Assembly (NCBI GenBank): GCA_964426185.1
Contig: CAYRPF010000025.1
Span: forward strand, 17,715 to 36,811
Direction: 5' to 3'
Length of the DNA: 19,097 bases
DNA from: an uncultured archaeon
GTDB taxonomy: Archaea > Asgardarchaeota > Lokiarchaeia > Sigyniarchaeales > Promethearchaeaceae
The translations under genes were made by a program, and so were the position numbers. Shown here piece by piece: positions 1-9,900 of the stretch (within the stretch, counting starts at the first letter, position 1; each line of letters begins with the position of its first letter). Under the pieces are notes generated by a model. That model searched no databases. It saw only the letters and a program-made list of their open reading frames with translations, and was not told where the DNA came from.

Positions 1-2
1 TT

Positions 3-131
3 TTTCCAAGTTTCCCTTATGAAAACCTTTGGATTTCCCCTCAAACCCAACCACGAGGGATATTTCCTTCATATACCTTTAATCCTGCAGATTGGGTTAG
101 AGAACTTCTTAAAAAGCCACCCATTCTTTAA
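3..131 (+). CDS. Possible 3' end of a gene entering from the left edge (hypothetical)
   Basis: Frame 3 is open from the edge to TAA at 129-131 (...YTFNPADWVRELLKKPPIL*). Frame 1 is also open to 138, so the frame is ambiguous, and no motif was recognised. Confidence 0.3.
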   Translation, partial: FPSFPYENLWISPQTQPRGIFPSYTFNPADWVRELLKKPPIL

Positions 132-202
132 AATTTAATAAATACGTTGATTACATTTTTTACATTTTGAAGATAATACATTTATGAGTTGAATAATCAA
201 AG

Positions 203-651
203 ATGACCTTACAAAAATTTAAAAAAATTTTAACCTATTTGCGAATCAAGGGGCATTACTTACGACAGGAACGCTTGAAAATTATAATATGATGACAATT
301 GGATGGGGGTTACTTGGAACACTCTGGGGAAAACCAGTCGCCATGGTATATGTAAGACCTTCCCGCTACACCTATGAATTTATGGAAATTAATAATACTT
401 TTTCAATCACCGCATTTTCTAAATCTGGACGTGAAATTAATAAAATGAAAATTGATGGTTTGACTCCAAAAGAAGTTGAAAAAACAGTGTTTTTCACCGA
501 AGCAGAACTGGTTTTAATCTGCAAAAAAACCTATTTCAATGACTTGGTTCCCGATCACATACCAGAAGAGTCAAAATTAACTTATTACAATTCAGGTGAT
601 TATCACCGAGTTTATTATGGTGAAATTTTGAATTGTTATAAAAATGATTAA
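203..651 (+). pseudogene. Flavin reductase-like (flavoredoxin-type, FMN-binding) protein, apparently frameshifted near the 5' end and with an internal deletion
   Basis: Family motifs are present: ALLTTG...NMMTIGWG.LG.LWGKP...VYVRPSRYTYEF...SKSGRE...GLTP...EAELVLICKK.Y...DYHRVYYGEI. Similarity extends upstream of the called ATG (289) to an in-frame TAA at 220-222. The likely start ATG at 203 lies in another frame, with an A7 run at 221-227 between them. Confidence 0.65.
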
Positions 652-937
652 AAAAGGAAGAATAAAACTGGCTAAATCAAAATTTCTTATCTGGTTTCTC
701 CCAATAATTAAAAATTTCTCTTAATCATCAAAAATACCATGTTTACTTATATCATTCTTTCCAAAAGGCCTTCTACTCTTTTTTTTAATATTTAACCTTA
801 AGCAAATATTGATTTTATGAAATACACAGCTATATTTAACCCATTTCCTCATAAAAATTTAAATAATAACATGATTTAATATATAATAGTATTTTCAGAA
901 CATTCAATCATTTCAACACATGGAATGAAAAAATCCT

Positions 938-1077
938 CGACAATAACTCGCTAACACGTTACTATCTGTCGTTGAATATTGAATCTCCCTCTTGCAGTTT
1001 TTCTCCATAAGAAAAACATGATCTCCGCAAAATATGGGAGAATCTTGAAATTTAGGGATGCTAAAATTTCAGAAAAC
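938..1077 (+). ncRNA. Candidate structured RNA or 5' leader upstream of the KamA-family gene
   Basis: Four adjacent stems: CGACA 938-942/TGTCG 967-971 (inner TAAC/GTTA); GTTTTTCT 997-1004/AGAAAAAC 1010-1017; TCTCC 1022-1026/GGAGA 1037-1041; TGAAATTT 1046-1053/AAATTTCA 1064-1071. The region is more GC-rich than its flanks. I do not recognise a known RNA family. Confidence 0.35.
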
Positions 1078-1152
1078 TCGTCTACAAAGATAAATAAAGC
1101 ATAAAATAAAGGCAAGGTCAATATTTATAAAATAATTAAAGGTGTTAAAAAA

Positions 1153-2247
1153 ATGGAAACAAATTATGAAGATTTACTAAATTTAACAAAAGATTTGCAT
1201 AAAAGTCAAGAAATCTTAAAATCAATCAAAGAAGCAAATCCAGAAGTTGTCAAAAAATTCCCCCTTAAAATAAGCCCGTATTATCTTTCACTGATAAATT
1301 GGGATGATGAGGAGGATCCCATAGCTAAGATGGTTGTTCCATCTCCAGAAGAACTGAATTATAAAGATATCGGTACAATTACGCACGAACATGAAAATAC
1401 CAAATTATTCGGATTGCAGCATAAATATTCTCAAACTGCCCTAATCTTAGTTTCAAATGAATGCGCTTCTTACTGCCGTTATTGCTTCAGAAAACGGTTT
1501 GTAGGGCTACATCAAAAAGAAATTATGCGAAATTTTGAGAGAGCAGTTGAATACATTAAAAAACATCCAGAAATAAACAATGTTCTGCTCTCTGGGGGAG
1601 ATCCGCTTGTTTTATCCACAGATAACCTCCGAAAAATTTTAGAATTACTGGATCCCCTATCACAGTTGAAATTTATTCGAATTGGAAGTAAAGTTCCTGT
1701 AACTTTGCCTCAACGTATACTTAATGATGGTGATTTACTAGATTTATTACATGATTATTCCCGACCTACGCGAAGGATTCATATACAAACTCACTTTAAC
1801 CATCCCAGAGAAATTACCACTAAATCAATTGGTGCAATTGATGCACTTCTATCTGCGAATGTCATGGTGCAAAATCAAAGTGTATTACTTCGTGGGGTCA
1901 ATGATAATCCCGAAACGCTATCAGAATTGCTAAATGGCTTGGTTGGAATCGGGGTTAATCCATATTACATCTTTCAATGTCGTCCATTTACTTTCAAGCC
2001 TTCCGCATTTCAAGTGCCAATTTGGGAAGGAATAGATATTATCGATGAAACTCGTAAACGATTGAATGGCCAAAGTAAACGGTTTAAATATGTTATGTCG
2101 CACGCTACCGGAAAAATTGAAATAATTGGGAAACTGGGTGATGAAATTTTGTTTAAATATCATCAATCCAAGTATCCCGAAAATCATAACAAAATATTTA
2201 CTCGCAAACTTCCCCATGGTGAAGTTTGGTTATGGGAGAATACCTAA
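1153..2247 (+). CDS. KamA-family radical SAM/PLP 2,3-aminomutase-like protein (substrate probably not lysine)
   Basis: CxxxCxxC (CASYCRYCFRKR, C104/108/111), VLLSGGDPL, IRIGSK.PV..PQRI, THFNHPREIT, NQSVLLRGVND, PYYIFQC, and the candidate PLP lysine in HATGK (K321). SD-like AAGGTG lies just upstream. Confidence 0.93.
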   Translation: METNYEDLLNLTKDLHKSQEILKSIKEANPEVVKKFPLKISPYYLSLINWDDEEDPIAKMVVPSPEELNYKDIGTITHEHENTKLFGLQHKYSQTALILVSNECASYCRYCFRKRFVGLHQKEIMRNFERAVEYIKKHPEINNVLLSGGDPLVLSTDNLRKILELLDPLSQLKFIRIGSKVPVTLPQRILNDGDLLDLLHDYSRPTRRIHIQTHFNHPREITTKSIGAIDALLSANVMVQNQSVLLRGVNDNPETLSELLNGLVGIGVNPYYIFQCRPFTFKPSAFQVPIWEGIDIIDETRKRLNGQSKRFKYVMSHATGKIEIIGKLGDEILFKYHQSKYPENHNKIFTRKLPHGEVWLWENT

Positions 2248-2348
2248 CTTATTTTTTATTTTACTTCAAATCATTGCAAAAATTCATATAGTAATTTTTT
2301 TTATTCCATTTCATTGAAATGCAAGAATGATGAAATGGCTCGATTATC

Positions 2349-5300
2349 GTGACATTGATAAAATTCTATGTTTCTCAAGGGATACGCTCAAGCAAAAAAA
2401 ATGCCATCATTATTTTAATTCTAGCACTCTCTCTGGCACTAATTCCTGCGTTAAGCATGCTTGTAAATGGTTTTTTCAAAACACTATTGACTCAAATGTC
2501 TTCTTTTGATGATAACCCGACTGGATATATTGAAGTAAACAAGCCAACTTTCAATGAAAATCTTGATTTTCAAGGAGAAAAAACATATATTGAAAGGGTT
2601 TTATCAGAAAATGAATTACAATATGATTCTTTGGAACCACATCTTGAGATTTCTATCGATGAAGCTTTCTTTTACTCTAATTTCTCTTTTCCTTCAAATA
2701 ATATAATAGAAAACCCTCTATATAAAAATATACCTGCGAATTATGCAAGATTATATCCCAAATTCGAGTTTCATGATGATTCTTATTATCAAATGAATTT
2801 TTTCAATAAATCCAACTATACACCATCAAATGCTTATTATTCTTATGTGATTGTAGATGGAAATGCCCCTAAACAAATGAATGATATTCTAATAGATTAC
2901 AGATTTGCCCAAAAATGTAATTTATCCATAGGAACATTGTTTAACTTAACATTACGGCTAAATCACCATATGTGGAATATTGAATATGATGAAGAATATA
3001 TTAATTCTACTTCTGATGATTTTAATTTTTATTATGAAAAATCATACTATACAGATATTCAAATCACTGTTTTTAATATTTCTGGTTTTTATCTCCGAAG
3101 TTATGGGGGATATGATCGTGAATGGGATTATACATACGAAGATTACATCGAGAATGAACCTTATGATATAAGCAATTTAGATTTTTATGATTATTTATTC
3201 TTTGACGAGATCTTTGTTAAATATAATTTTTCCTTACCAAGGGAACAAAACTTTAGTCCTGTTTTTCAATTGTTAACCCAAATTGATAATCTTACAATAA
3301 CATCTAATCGATTTTCTCCATATTTCTATGATTTTAAAAATTGCCTTTACTTTGATACGTACTTTGAATTCAATTCGAATTTCGATGAAGTAAATTTGAA
3401 TTCATTGTTCAAATTAGCACGTGAAATTCAATATATCAATGAAAAAGTCACATTAGATCTCGGAGAAAATTATTACTTCTCGTGGGATATGGTATATATT
3501 ATTCCAGAATTCACAATGATATTATATGCCGCAAGAGTTGTTATTGCAATAATTAATCTCCCCATATTATTTTTCGTAGTGAGCTTAGGAATACTTTCTG
3601 CGAGAATTATCCGAAAAACCAGAATTCCCGATTATCTTAGAATGCGAATAAAGGGATTAGACAGAAAAATGATTATTCGCTTAAGCTCCATAGAAGCATT
3701 AGTTAATAGTGTGTTTTCTTGCATTCTCAGCTTTCTTTTTGGCTTAATATTATTTTTTGCCTTAAGAAACGAGGCTCTCAAAATTTTCGAGTCCTTAATT
3801 TTAGAATCTATGCCATTTCCAGCATCATACATAAAACCAATCGTTTTAAATATCGATGTGATAAATATCCTTTTTTGGGCAATTGTGTGCAGTTTTATTA
3901 TGTATATCCCAATATTTTATTACAATAGGAAATTAAAATTATCAGATCTCATTCAAATTAAAGAAGCAAAAGATTTACCTGTTGTATATGATGAAAGTAC
4001 GATTTATGATAAAAATGTAGATCAAGTTAAATTGAATTGGGAAGAATTTTTACAACTGAATACAAGCGAAACAAAATCAGCAATAGAAGAACAAGAGGAA
4101 GAAAATAAGATAAATCTAACACAAAAGGAAATGGCAAATAACCAAAAAAAACCAAAAAAAATCAAAAAAGCCCGTCGAAAAAGAAAAAGTGTAATATATG
4201 AAAACGTAATTAAGGAATTTGAAAAAAAAATTCCAAAAATAGCCATAATTATTATTATCATAGGATTAATTCCAATTGCTGCAAATTACTTAATATTTTA
4301 TTTCATTGATAACTCCCCACCAGATTTTCTGGTTGATTTACTTGATTATCTTGTACGTTATCAGACAATTTTTATATTATCTTCGGTTCTTAGCCCAATC
4401 TTAATATTAAGTGGGATTTTCCGCTTTATTGGAATTGAAAAACCATCGAGATTTGCAAAAATATCAAAATGGTTATCTACACCGATACTAGGTCCTTTAA
4501 ATCGATTATTTGGGTTAAAAATGATTAGTTCAAAGGAATTAATAAAATGGATTCGAGTTTTTACGGTGTTCGCAACTATATTAATTACTATCAATATGAT
4601 GACACAATCTGTGTATCGATATCAAGTAGTCTCGGAAAATCTTCTCATCGGAGGAGATGTTAAATTAGAAGCGGATGTGAATTTAATAGATTCAGAAATT
4701 TCTACGGATTTTATAAATCAAACAGAGGTTCGACTCAAAAACTTGGTGAATGAAAAAAATATATCTTATGTGAATCAAGTGGTTACTTGTCAGCAAAATC
4801 AAGGGAAATTTATCCACGCCTATGGATCTTTTTTTGATGATTTTAAGGTTTTTTCAACCAATCTCTCCCTTTATTGCAATATTATTAATGAAGATAATAA
4901 AATATTACCAAATAAAAACATAACAAGACAAATTGAAAAATTAATTGAATATGAACAAGCCCGAAATGAATCGAATTTACCAGGAATTCTTATCTCTAAG
5001 CAGTTGCAATACCAAATCGAAAATAATATCCTTCAGTTTAATCTAACTTATATAAACAACTCTAACCAAGCATTAATATCAAAGAATTTTAAATTTAAAG
5101 TTCTTGGATATCTAGAATTTCCTCCTGGCTTATTTCCATCATCTTATGACAGATATTGGTATCTTGGTGGAAATTTTGCTTTAGTAGATCAATCAAATCT
5201 ATATAGCCAGACTTCCACTCTTCAAATTAGAAAAATATATCAATTCATTGATTTAAATTTGGAGAGTTGTCCTAATTCCACTACTATAAGAAAAAATATT

Positions 5301-5831
5301 ACCGATAGCACTGAAGAAATAATATATTATAATTCCATTTCCTTCTATAACCAAGATTTTTCAGTGGGAACAGAAAATCCTGAATTGTTTTCATTATTTA
5401 GCATTTTTCAAATAATTGAAATCATTATGTATTTCCTTGGTTTCATTCTGGCAATAACATTGGGATTATTACTAAATGCCATTAAAAATAGCGATGAACG
5501 TTTTTATTCACTCTTGTATACTCGAGGTTACGGTAAAAAAGGAACGATAAAAATCCTCCTTAGTCAGATCTTTGTGATGTATACTCTTAGTTCGATTCTG
5601 GGTTTTATTTGTGGGTATATTCTTCCTTCTTTTCTTGTTTATCAAATTCAAGATCAATTTTCTTATATGATGGGTTATTTCAATAAAGTAACTTTTTCTC
5701 TCCCAATTTATTGGGAACCTCTGAAAATTTTACTTTTACTCGCATCTATCTTGATTAGCGCAGTAGTTTTATTATTTTTGATAAATTTTTTCAAAAAGAA
5801 TAATGTTAACAAATCATTACAACAATTTTAA
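2349..5831 (+). CDS. Large FtsX-like (MacB/type VII) ABC transporter permease, paralogue 1
   Basis: 1160 aa with a GTG start. An N-terminal TM is followed by a large extracellular domain rich in N-x-S/T sequons, a TM bundle with MRIKG..RKMI, a second extracellular domain, and a C-terminal TM bundle with LYTRGYGKK. It is adjacent to a LolD/MacB-type ATPase. Confidence 0.88.
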   Translation: MTLIKFYVSQGIRSSKKNAIIILILALSLALIPALSMLVNGFFKTLLTQMSSFDDNPTGYIEVNKPTFNENLDFQGEKTYIERVLSENELQYDSLEPHLEISIDEAFFYSNFSFPSNNIIENPLYKNIPANYARLYPKFEFHDDSYYQMNFFNKSNYTPSNAYYSYVIVDGNAPKQMNDILIDYRFAQKCNLSIGTLFNLTLRLNHHMWNIEYDEEYINSTSDDFNFYYEKSYYTDIQITVFNISGFYLRSYGGYDREWDYTYEDYIENEPYDISNLDFYDYLFFDEIFVKYNFSLPREQNFSPVFQLLTQIDNLTITSNRFSPYFYDFKNCLYFDTYFEFNSNFDEVNLNSLFKLAREIQYINEKVTLDLGENYYFSWDMVYIIPEFTMILYAARVVIAIINLPILFFVVSLGILSARIIRKTRIPDYLRMRIKGLDRKMIIRLSSIEALVNSVFSCILSFLFGLILFFALRNEALKIFESLILESMPFPASYIKPIVLNIDVINILFWAIVCSFIMYIPIFYYNRKLKLSDLIQIKEAKDLPVVYDESTIYDKNVDQVKLNWEEFLQLNTSETKSAIEEQEEENKINLTQKEMANNQKKPKKIKKARRKRKSVIYENVIKEFEKKIPKIAIIIIIIGLIPIAANYLIFYFIDNSPPDFLVDLLDYLVRYQTIFILSSVLSPILILSGIFRFIGIEKPSRFAKISKWLSTPILGPLNRLFGLKMISSKELIKWIRVFTVFATILITINMMTQSVYRYQVVSENLLIGGDVKLEADVNLIDSEISTDFINQTEVRLKNLVNEKNISYVNQVVTCQQNQGKFIHAYGSFFDDFKVFSTNLSLYCNIINEDNKILPNKNITRQIEKLIEYEQARNESNLPGILISKQLQYQIENNILQFNLTYINNSNQALISKNFKFKVLGYLEFPPGLFPSSYDRYWYLGGNFALVDQSNLYSQTSTLQIRKIYQFIDLNLESCPNSTTIRKNITDSTEEIIYYNSISFYNQDFSVGTENPELFSLFSIFQIIEIIMYFLGFILAITLGLLLNAIKNSDERFYSLLYTRGYGKKGTIKILLSQIFVMYTLSSILGFICGYILPSFLVYQIQDQFSYMMGYFNKVTFSLPIYWEPLKILLLLASILISAVVLLFLINFFKKNNVNKSLQQF

Positions 5832-5841
5832 GGGGTTTACT

Positions 5842-6933
5842 ATGATTGAATCAAAAACAGATTTATTTAATGAAAATGAAAAAAAGTTAAAAAATGCTGA
5901 AAAAGCAAAAAACACGGAAAATAGCCAAGAACCGCTGGTAAGAATTGAAGGGGTCTATAAAATTTTCAAACAAGGACATTTGGAAGTTGTGGCTTTAAAG
6001 AATATTAACTTGACCGTCATGCCTGGTGAATTAATTGTGGTTATGGGTCCAAGTGGATCTGGTAAAACAACTTTATTAAATGTTATATCTGGAATGGAAA
6101 AACCCAATGCAGGGCGAGTAATGATTAAAAATTTAGATGTAACTAGATTGAAGGATGAAGGTATTCAAAAATTACTCCAGCATGAAATTGGAATAATATT
6201 TCAATTTTTTAATTTAATTCCAAGTTTGACGGCCGCGGGTAATATTGAACTTCCAATGAATATTATTAAACTGCCGAAAGATGAAAGAAAAAAACGAGTT
6301 AAAGAACTTTTAGAACAAGTTGGTTTAGAAAATCGTGCAAGACATAGACCGTTTACACTTTCTGGAGGAGAAAAACAAAGAGTAGCTATTGCTCAAGCTT
6401 TTGCAAATAATCCTTCCTTAATTTTAGCAGATGAGCCAACCGGTAATATTGATTCGGTGTCGGCAGAAAAAATTATGAATATTTTTCATGAAACAATGCT
6501 GAAAAATCCAGAAAAGGCAATTATAATAGTTACTCATGATCCTGTATTTCGAAAAATTGCCGATAGAACCTTAGTTTTAAGAGATGGTGAAATTATTCGA
6601 GAACTCGGAAAAATTTCCCAAGATGAACAAGAACATTTCTCAGGTGATATTGCAAATGGAGAACTAGTTTACGCAGCTATCGATGATCGGCATCTAAAGG
6701 CCAAACAAGTAATTGAAGGTCCTAAAAAGTTCCCTAAATTATCAGAATTAATCATGTGCCCTTCCTGTCATTCAAGAAATATTCTTAAAGAATATGATAA
6801 AAAGAAAGGATCCTTACAAATTATGGATCAGAATATCATTGGGACAGCTGCAATTGCATGTTTAGATTGTCATCAGATTAGTTTCCAACCTATTACTCTA
6901 TTTAATATCAAAAAAGATTTGAATTTGCTATAG
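5842..6933 (+). CDS. ABC transporter ATP-binding protein (LolD/MacB-like) with a C-terminal CxxC-x30-CxxC zinc-ribbon-like extension
   Basis: Walker A GPSGSGKT, Q-loop IFQFFNLIPSLTA, signature LSGGEKQR, Walker B ILADEPTGN, H-loop VTHD, then CPSC...CLDC. Start moved from 5803 to ATG 5842, which has an AGGGGT SD and does not overlap the permease. Confidence 0.93.
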   Translation: MIESKTDLFNENEKKLKNAEKAKNTENSQEPLVRIEGVYKIFKQGHLEVVALKNINLTVMPGELIVVMGPSGSGKTTLLNVISGMEKPNAGRVMIKNLDVTRLKDEGIQKLLQHEIGIIFQFFNLIPSLTAAGNIELPMNIIKLPKDERKKRVKELLEQVGLENRARHRPFTLSGGEKQRVAIAQAFANNPSLILADEPTGNIDSVSAEKIMNIFHETMLKNPEKAIIIVTHDPVFRKIADRTLVLRDGEIIRELGKISQDEQEHFSGDIANGELVYAAIDDRHLKAKQVIEGPKKFPKLSELIMCPSCHSRNILKEYDKKKGSLQIMDQNIIGTAAIACLDCHQISFQPITLFNIKKDLNLL

Positions 6934-6944
6934 AGGAAACTATT

Positions 6945-9900
6945 ATGGGTGTTAAATTCGCATTTTATTCCAAACAAGCAATTCGTTCATTAAAGAGTTA
7001 TCTATACCTCATAATTGGTATTGGTTTATCTATTTCCTTAATTCTCGGTATATTTAATTATCTTTCTGCTTCAGCAACCTTCAATGTTCAAAATAGCTTT
7101 TCAACGATGCTTGATTTCAAAATAACTTCGAAGTCACCGGTGAATAGAACTCAAATATATGACCGATTTGGCGGAAATGAAACAATAATTACTGATGAGC
7201 TTTTAAACTCTGGTTTTCCCATAGAATCCATATCACATTATGCTGAGTTTAGATCAAATGATATCTATGCCTTGAATTATTCTGAATTCCCCCTTGATTT
7301 ACTATTGTATGATGATGCATTCATAAAATCAGATAGATTTCACCAATATTTTACGATTTTGGAAGGACGGCAACCAATTAACAACAGAGAATACATAATC
7401 GATGCTTGGACGGCTAATAAATTGAATTTAACAATCAGCTCAAATGCAACTATTCCATATGTGTTAAGAATTTCAGATGAACCCACCCTATATTCAATTC
7501 CTTTTGAAAATAACAGCATTGTAGGTATATATGTTCCGAATTATGAAATATATTCACCTACAGGCATTTACGATTACTCTTGTCCAAGACCATATAATCC
7601 TAATTATGGAAATTATGAATTTCTAAATTCTATTAATGCATCTAATCCATGTGGACCAATTATTGGTGTATTTAACTATAATCTTGTTAACGAAACTCAC
7701 CCAATCAATCTCTTTTTGAATAACATTGAAAAAAATTTTAATATAAGTTATATCCCTTTTTTATATCACTATGGGTTGGGGATTCATTACCCGCGCACTT
7801 TGGTAAAACCATTCCAATTGACTGAATTTCTTCAAAAATTATCAAGCGAATATCTCGATTTCAAAAAATCAATTTCAAATTCTCAAAATATTTTAGTTTA
7901 CTCTTATTTTTTCTCAAGCTTAAATTCATTTTCATATGATTATAAAATTACCCGCTTAAGTGCTTTAGCTTTGGTTATTCCGATAATTTTGTTTACAATA
8001 GGTCTTGGAAATTTCATAATATTAACTAATTTTAAAAATCGCCAAGAGGAATTTGGAAGATATCGAATCAAAGGATATCCAAAAAATATGATTATCGGCC
8101 AAATTATGTTTGAATCATTCTATGTGGGAATTGCAGCCTTTATTTTGAGCATTCCGTTGTCAATTGGAATATTTTACATGATTCAACCATTAGTAAATTC
8201 AATTTTCGTAATCGTATCTATAAATCAGACTTTTATACCATTTCAATTTGAGTTTGTTAACTTTCTCACAGGATTTGCTTTTGCCATAGGTATTAGTATT
8301 TTGGGAAATATATTAACGATAATCAAAATTTTAAGGTCTAAAATTGCGACTTTAAATCAAAAACAAGAAGGAGTTTCTCTTGAAATTGGTTATGATGAGA
8401 ATATTTTCGCAGAATCGAAAAAAAATAAGAAAAAGAGCAAGTTATCAGTATATTTGGATCAAACCGAGTTAATGGAGAAATCTATCCCGAAAATCAGCTA
8501 TTTTTTGATGGGGTTTGCCATTCTGCCATTTTTAGCCATTTTTATTCGCTACATAGGATTACTCCCTTCATCACCAGATAATTTAAAAGTAATTGCTGAT
8601 GTAATCGATAATGTTATGACAGTTATCCTAATTTTTGCATCATTATCTCCTCTCCTTTTAGTTTATGGATTATTACGGTTTTTAATTCAAGAATCTCCCA
8701 GTAGATTTGCTAAAATTTGTAAATTTCTCTCTAAACCATTTATGAAACACCATGATTACCTTACTGGTCTTGAAATGCTCAGGCGCAAGCCATATATATT
8801 AGTAATTTTCTCGATTGGATTATTTACTACATCTCTAGTCTTTGGAAATATCAATCGATATTCTCAAAGTAAAGAAATGAAATTTTTCAACAATCTCAAT
8901 GCTGTAAGTGATATTAATATAACCATTAATAGTTCAAGGTCCTATTTTCATCAAAACATTAGTATATCCGATCTGAATAAATATACTTCTGATCTAAAAT
9001 CTCTAAATGAATCCAGTGGGAAACCAATTGTTGAAAATCTTGTTCACTTGAGTTTTTTTAATTTATTTCCGGAGGATGTCGCTAATGAACCCTATTACTA
9101 TGTTTATGGAAGAAGTAATCTGTTAGCAACTAATTTATCTTCTTATTCCTCGATAATTCATCCCGATATTATGAAGAAATTCCCATTAATAGAAAAAACC
9201 ATAGAAAATTTACAGAATTTTAGATCCAATGTGAATTGTGATACAATTGGAGTTATAGTTAATCAAGAATTCTTAGATCGATATTCGCTTAAAGTGGGAG
9301 AAACATCAATTTTTTCTTCAACTTTTAATGGGATGAATTCAACTTTTCTAAATTGTACTATAGTAGATGTGATCGATTTTCTTCCTGCGGTTCCAGCATC
9401 GACATTTCCTCATGATTATATATGGCACTTTTCAATGGGAGTTGAACATCAAGAGATCAGAGAAACACCGATTATGTTATGTGATTTTGGAGATTTAAAC
9501 ATAAATGATACGTTTTTCACACCTAATGTATTTTCCACTTTGGTTCGAACAAACTCACAGATAGTTTCAAAGCAAGATGAAATTGAAGCACAATTAAGCA
9601 CTGTTGTAGAAGATTTTTCTGAATGTATTCAAATAGAAAGAGAAATAAACATAATTCACTATGAATTCTTTGATTCTTCATGGAATGATGAAAATGTAAA
9701 TGATTTTGAATATGATCCTTTAATTGTTTTAAATCTGCTGTACCTAAATTTAATTATTATTGGAATTCTTTTGGCTTTTGCGATTGCCACTACGATAATA
9801 GGAATTGAAAAAAGTAACACTCATTTTGAGGGTTTATTACTTAGTAGGGGGTTTGGAAAAAAGAGATTATTTAATTTTATTTTCTCCCAAATTATTATTA

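Noticed and set aside
925-954. uORF MKKSSTITR upstream of the aminomutase as a lysine-sensing leader peptide (also a 28-aa ORF at 1018-1104)
   Set aside because: There is no clear SD, AAA codons are expected by chance in this AT-rich DNA, and the enzyme appears not to be lysine-specific.
1017-1044. AUGA...AAAA...GA hairpin resembling a eukaryote-like/lokiarchaeal SECIS
   Set aside because: The helix above the putative core is only 4-5 bp (10-12 expected), and no gene in the window shows an in-frame TGA at a Cys position.
4144-4230. A7-A9 homopolymers in permease 1 as phase-variation sites
   Set aside because: They are in-frame Lys codons in an AT-rich gene, and similar runs occur throughout the window.
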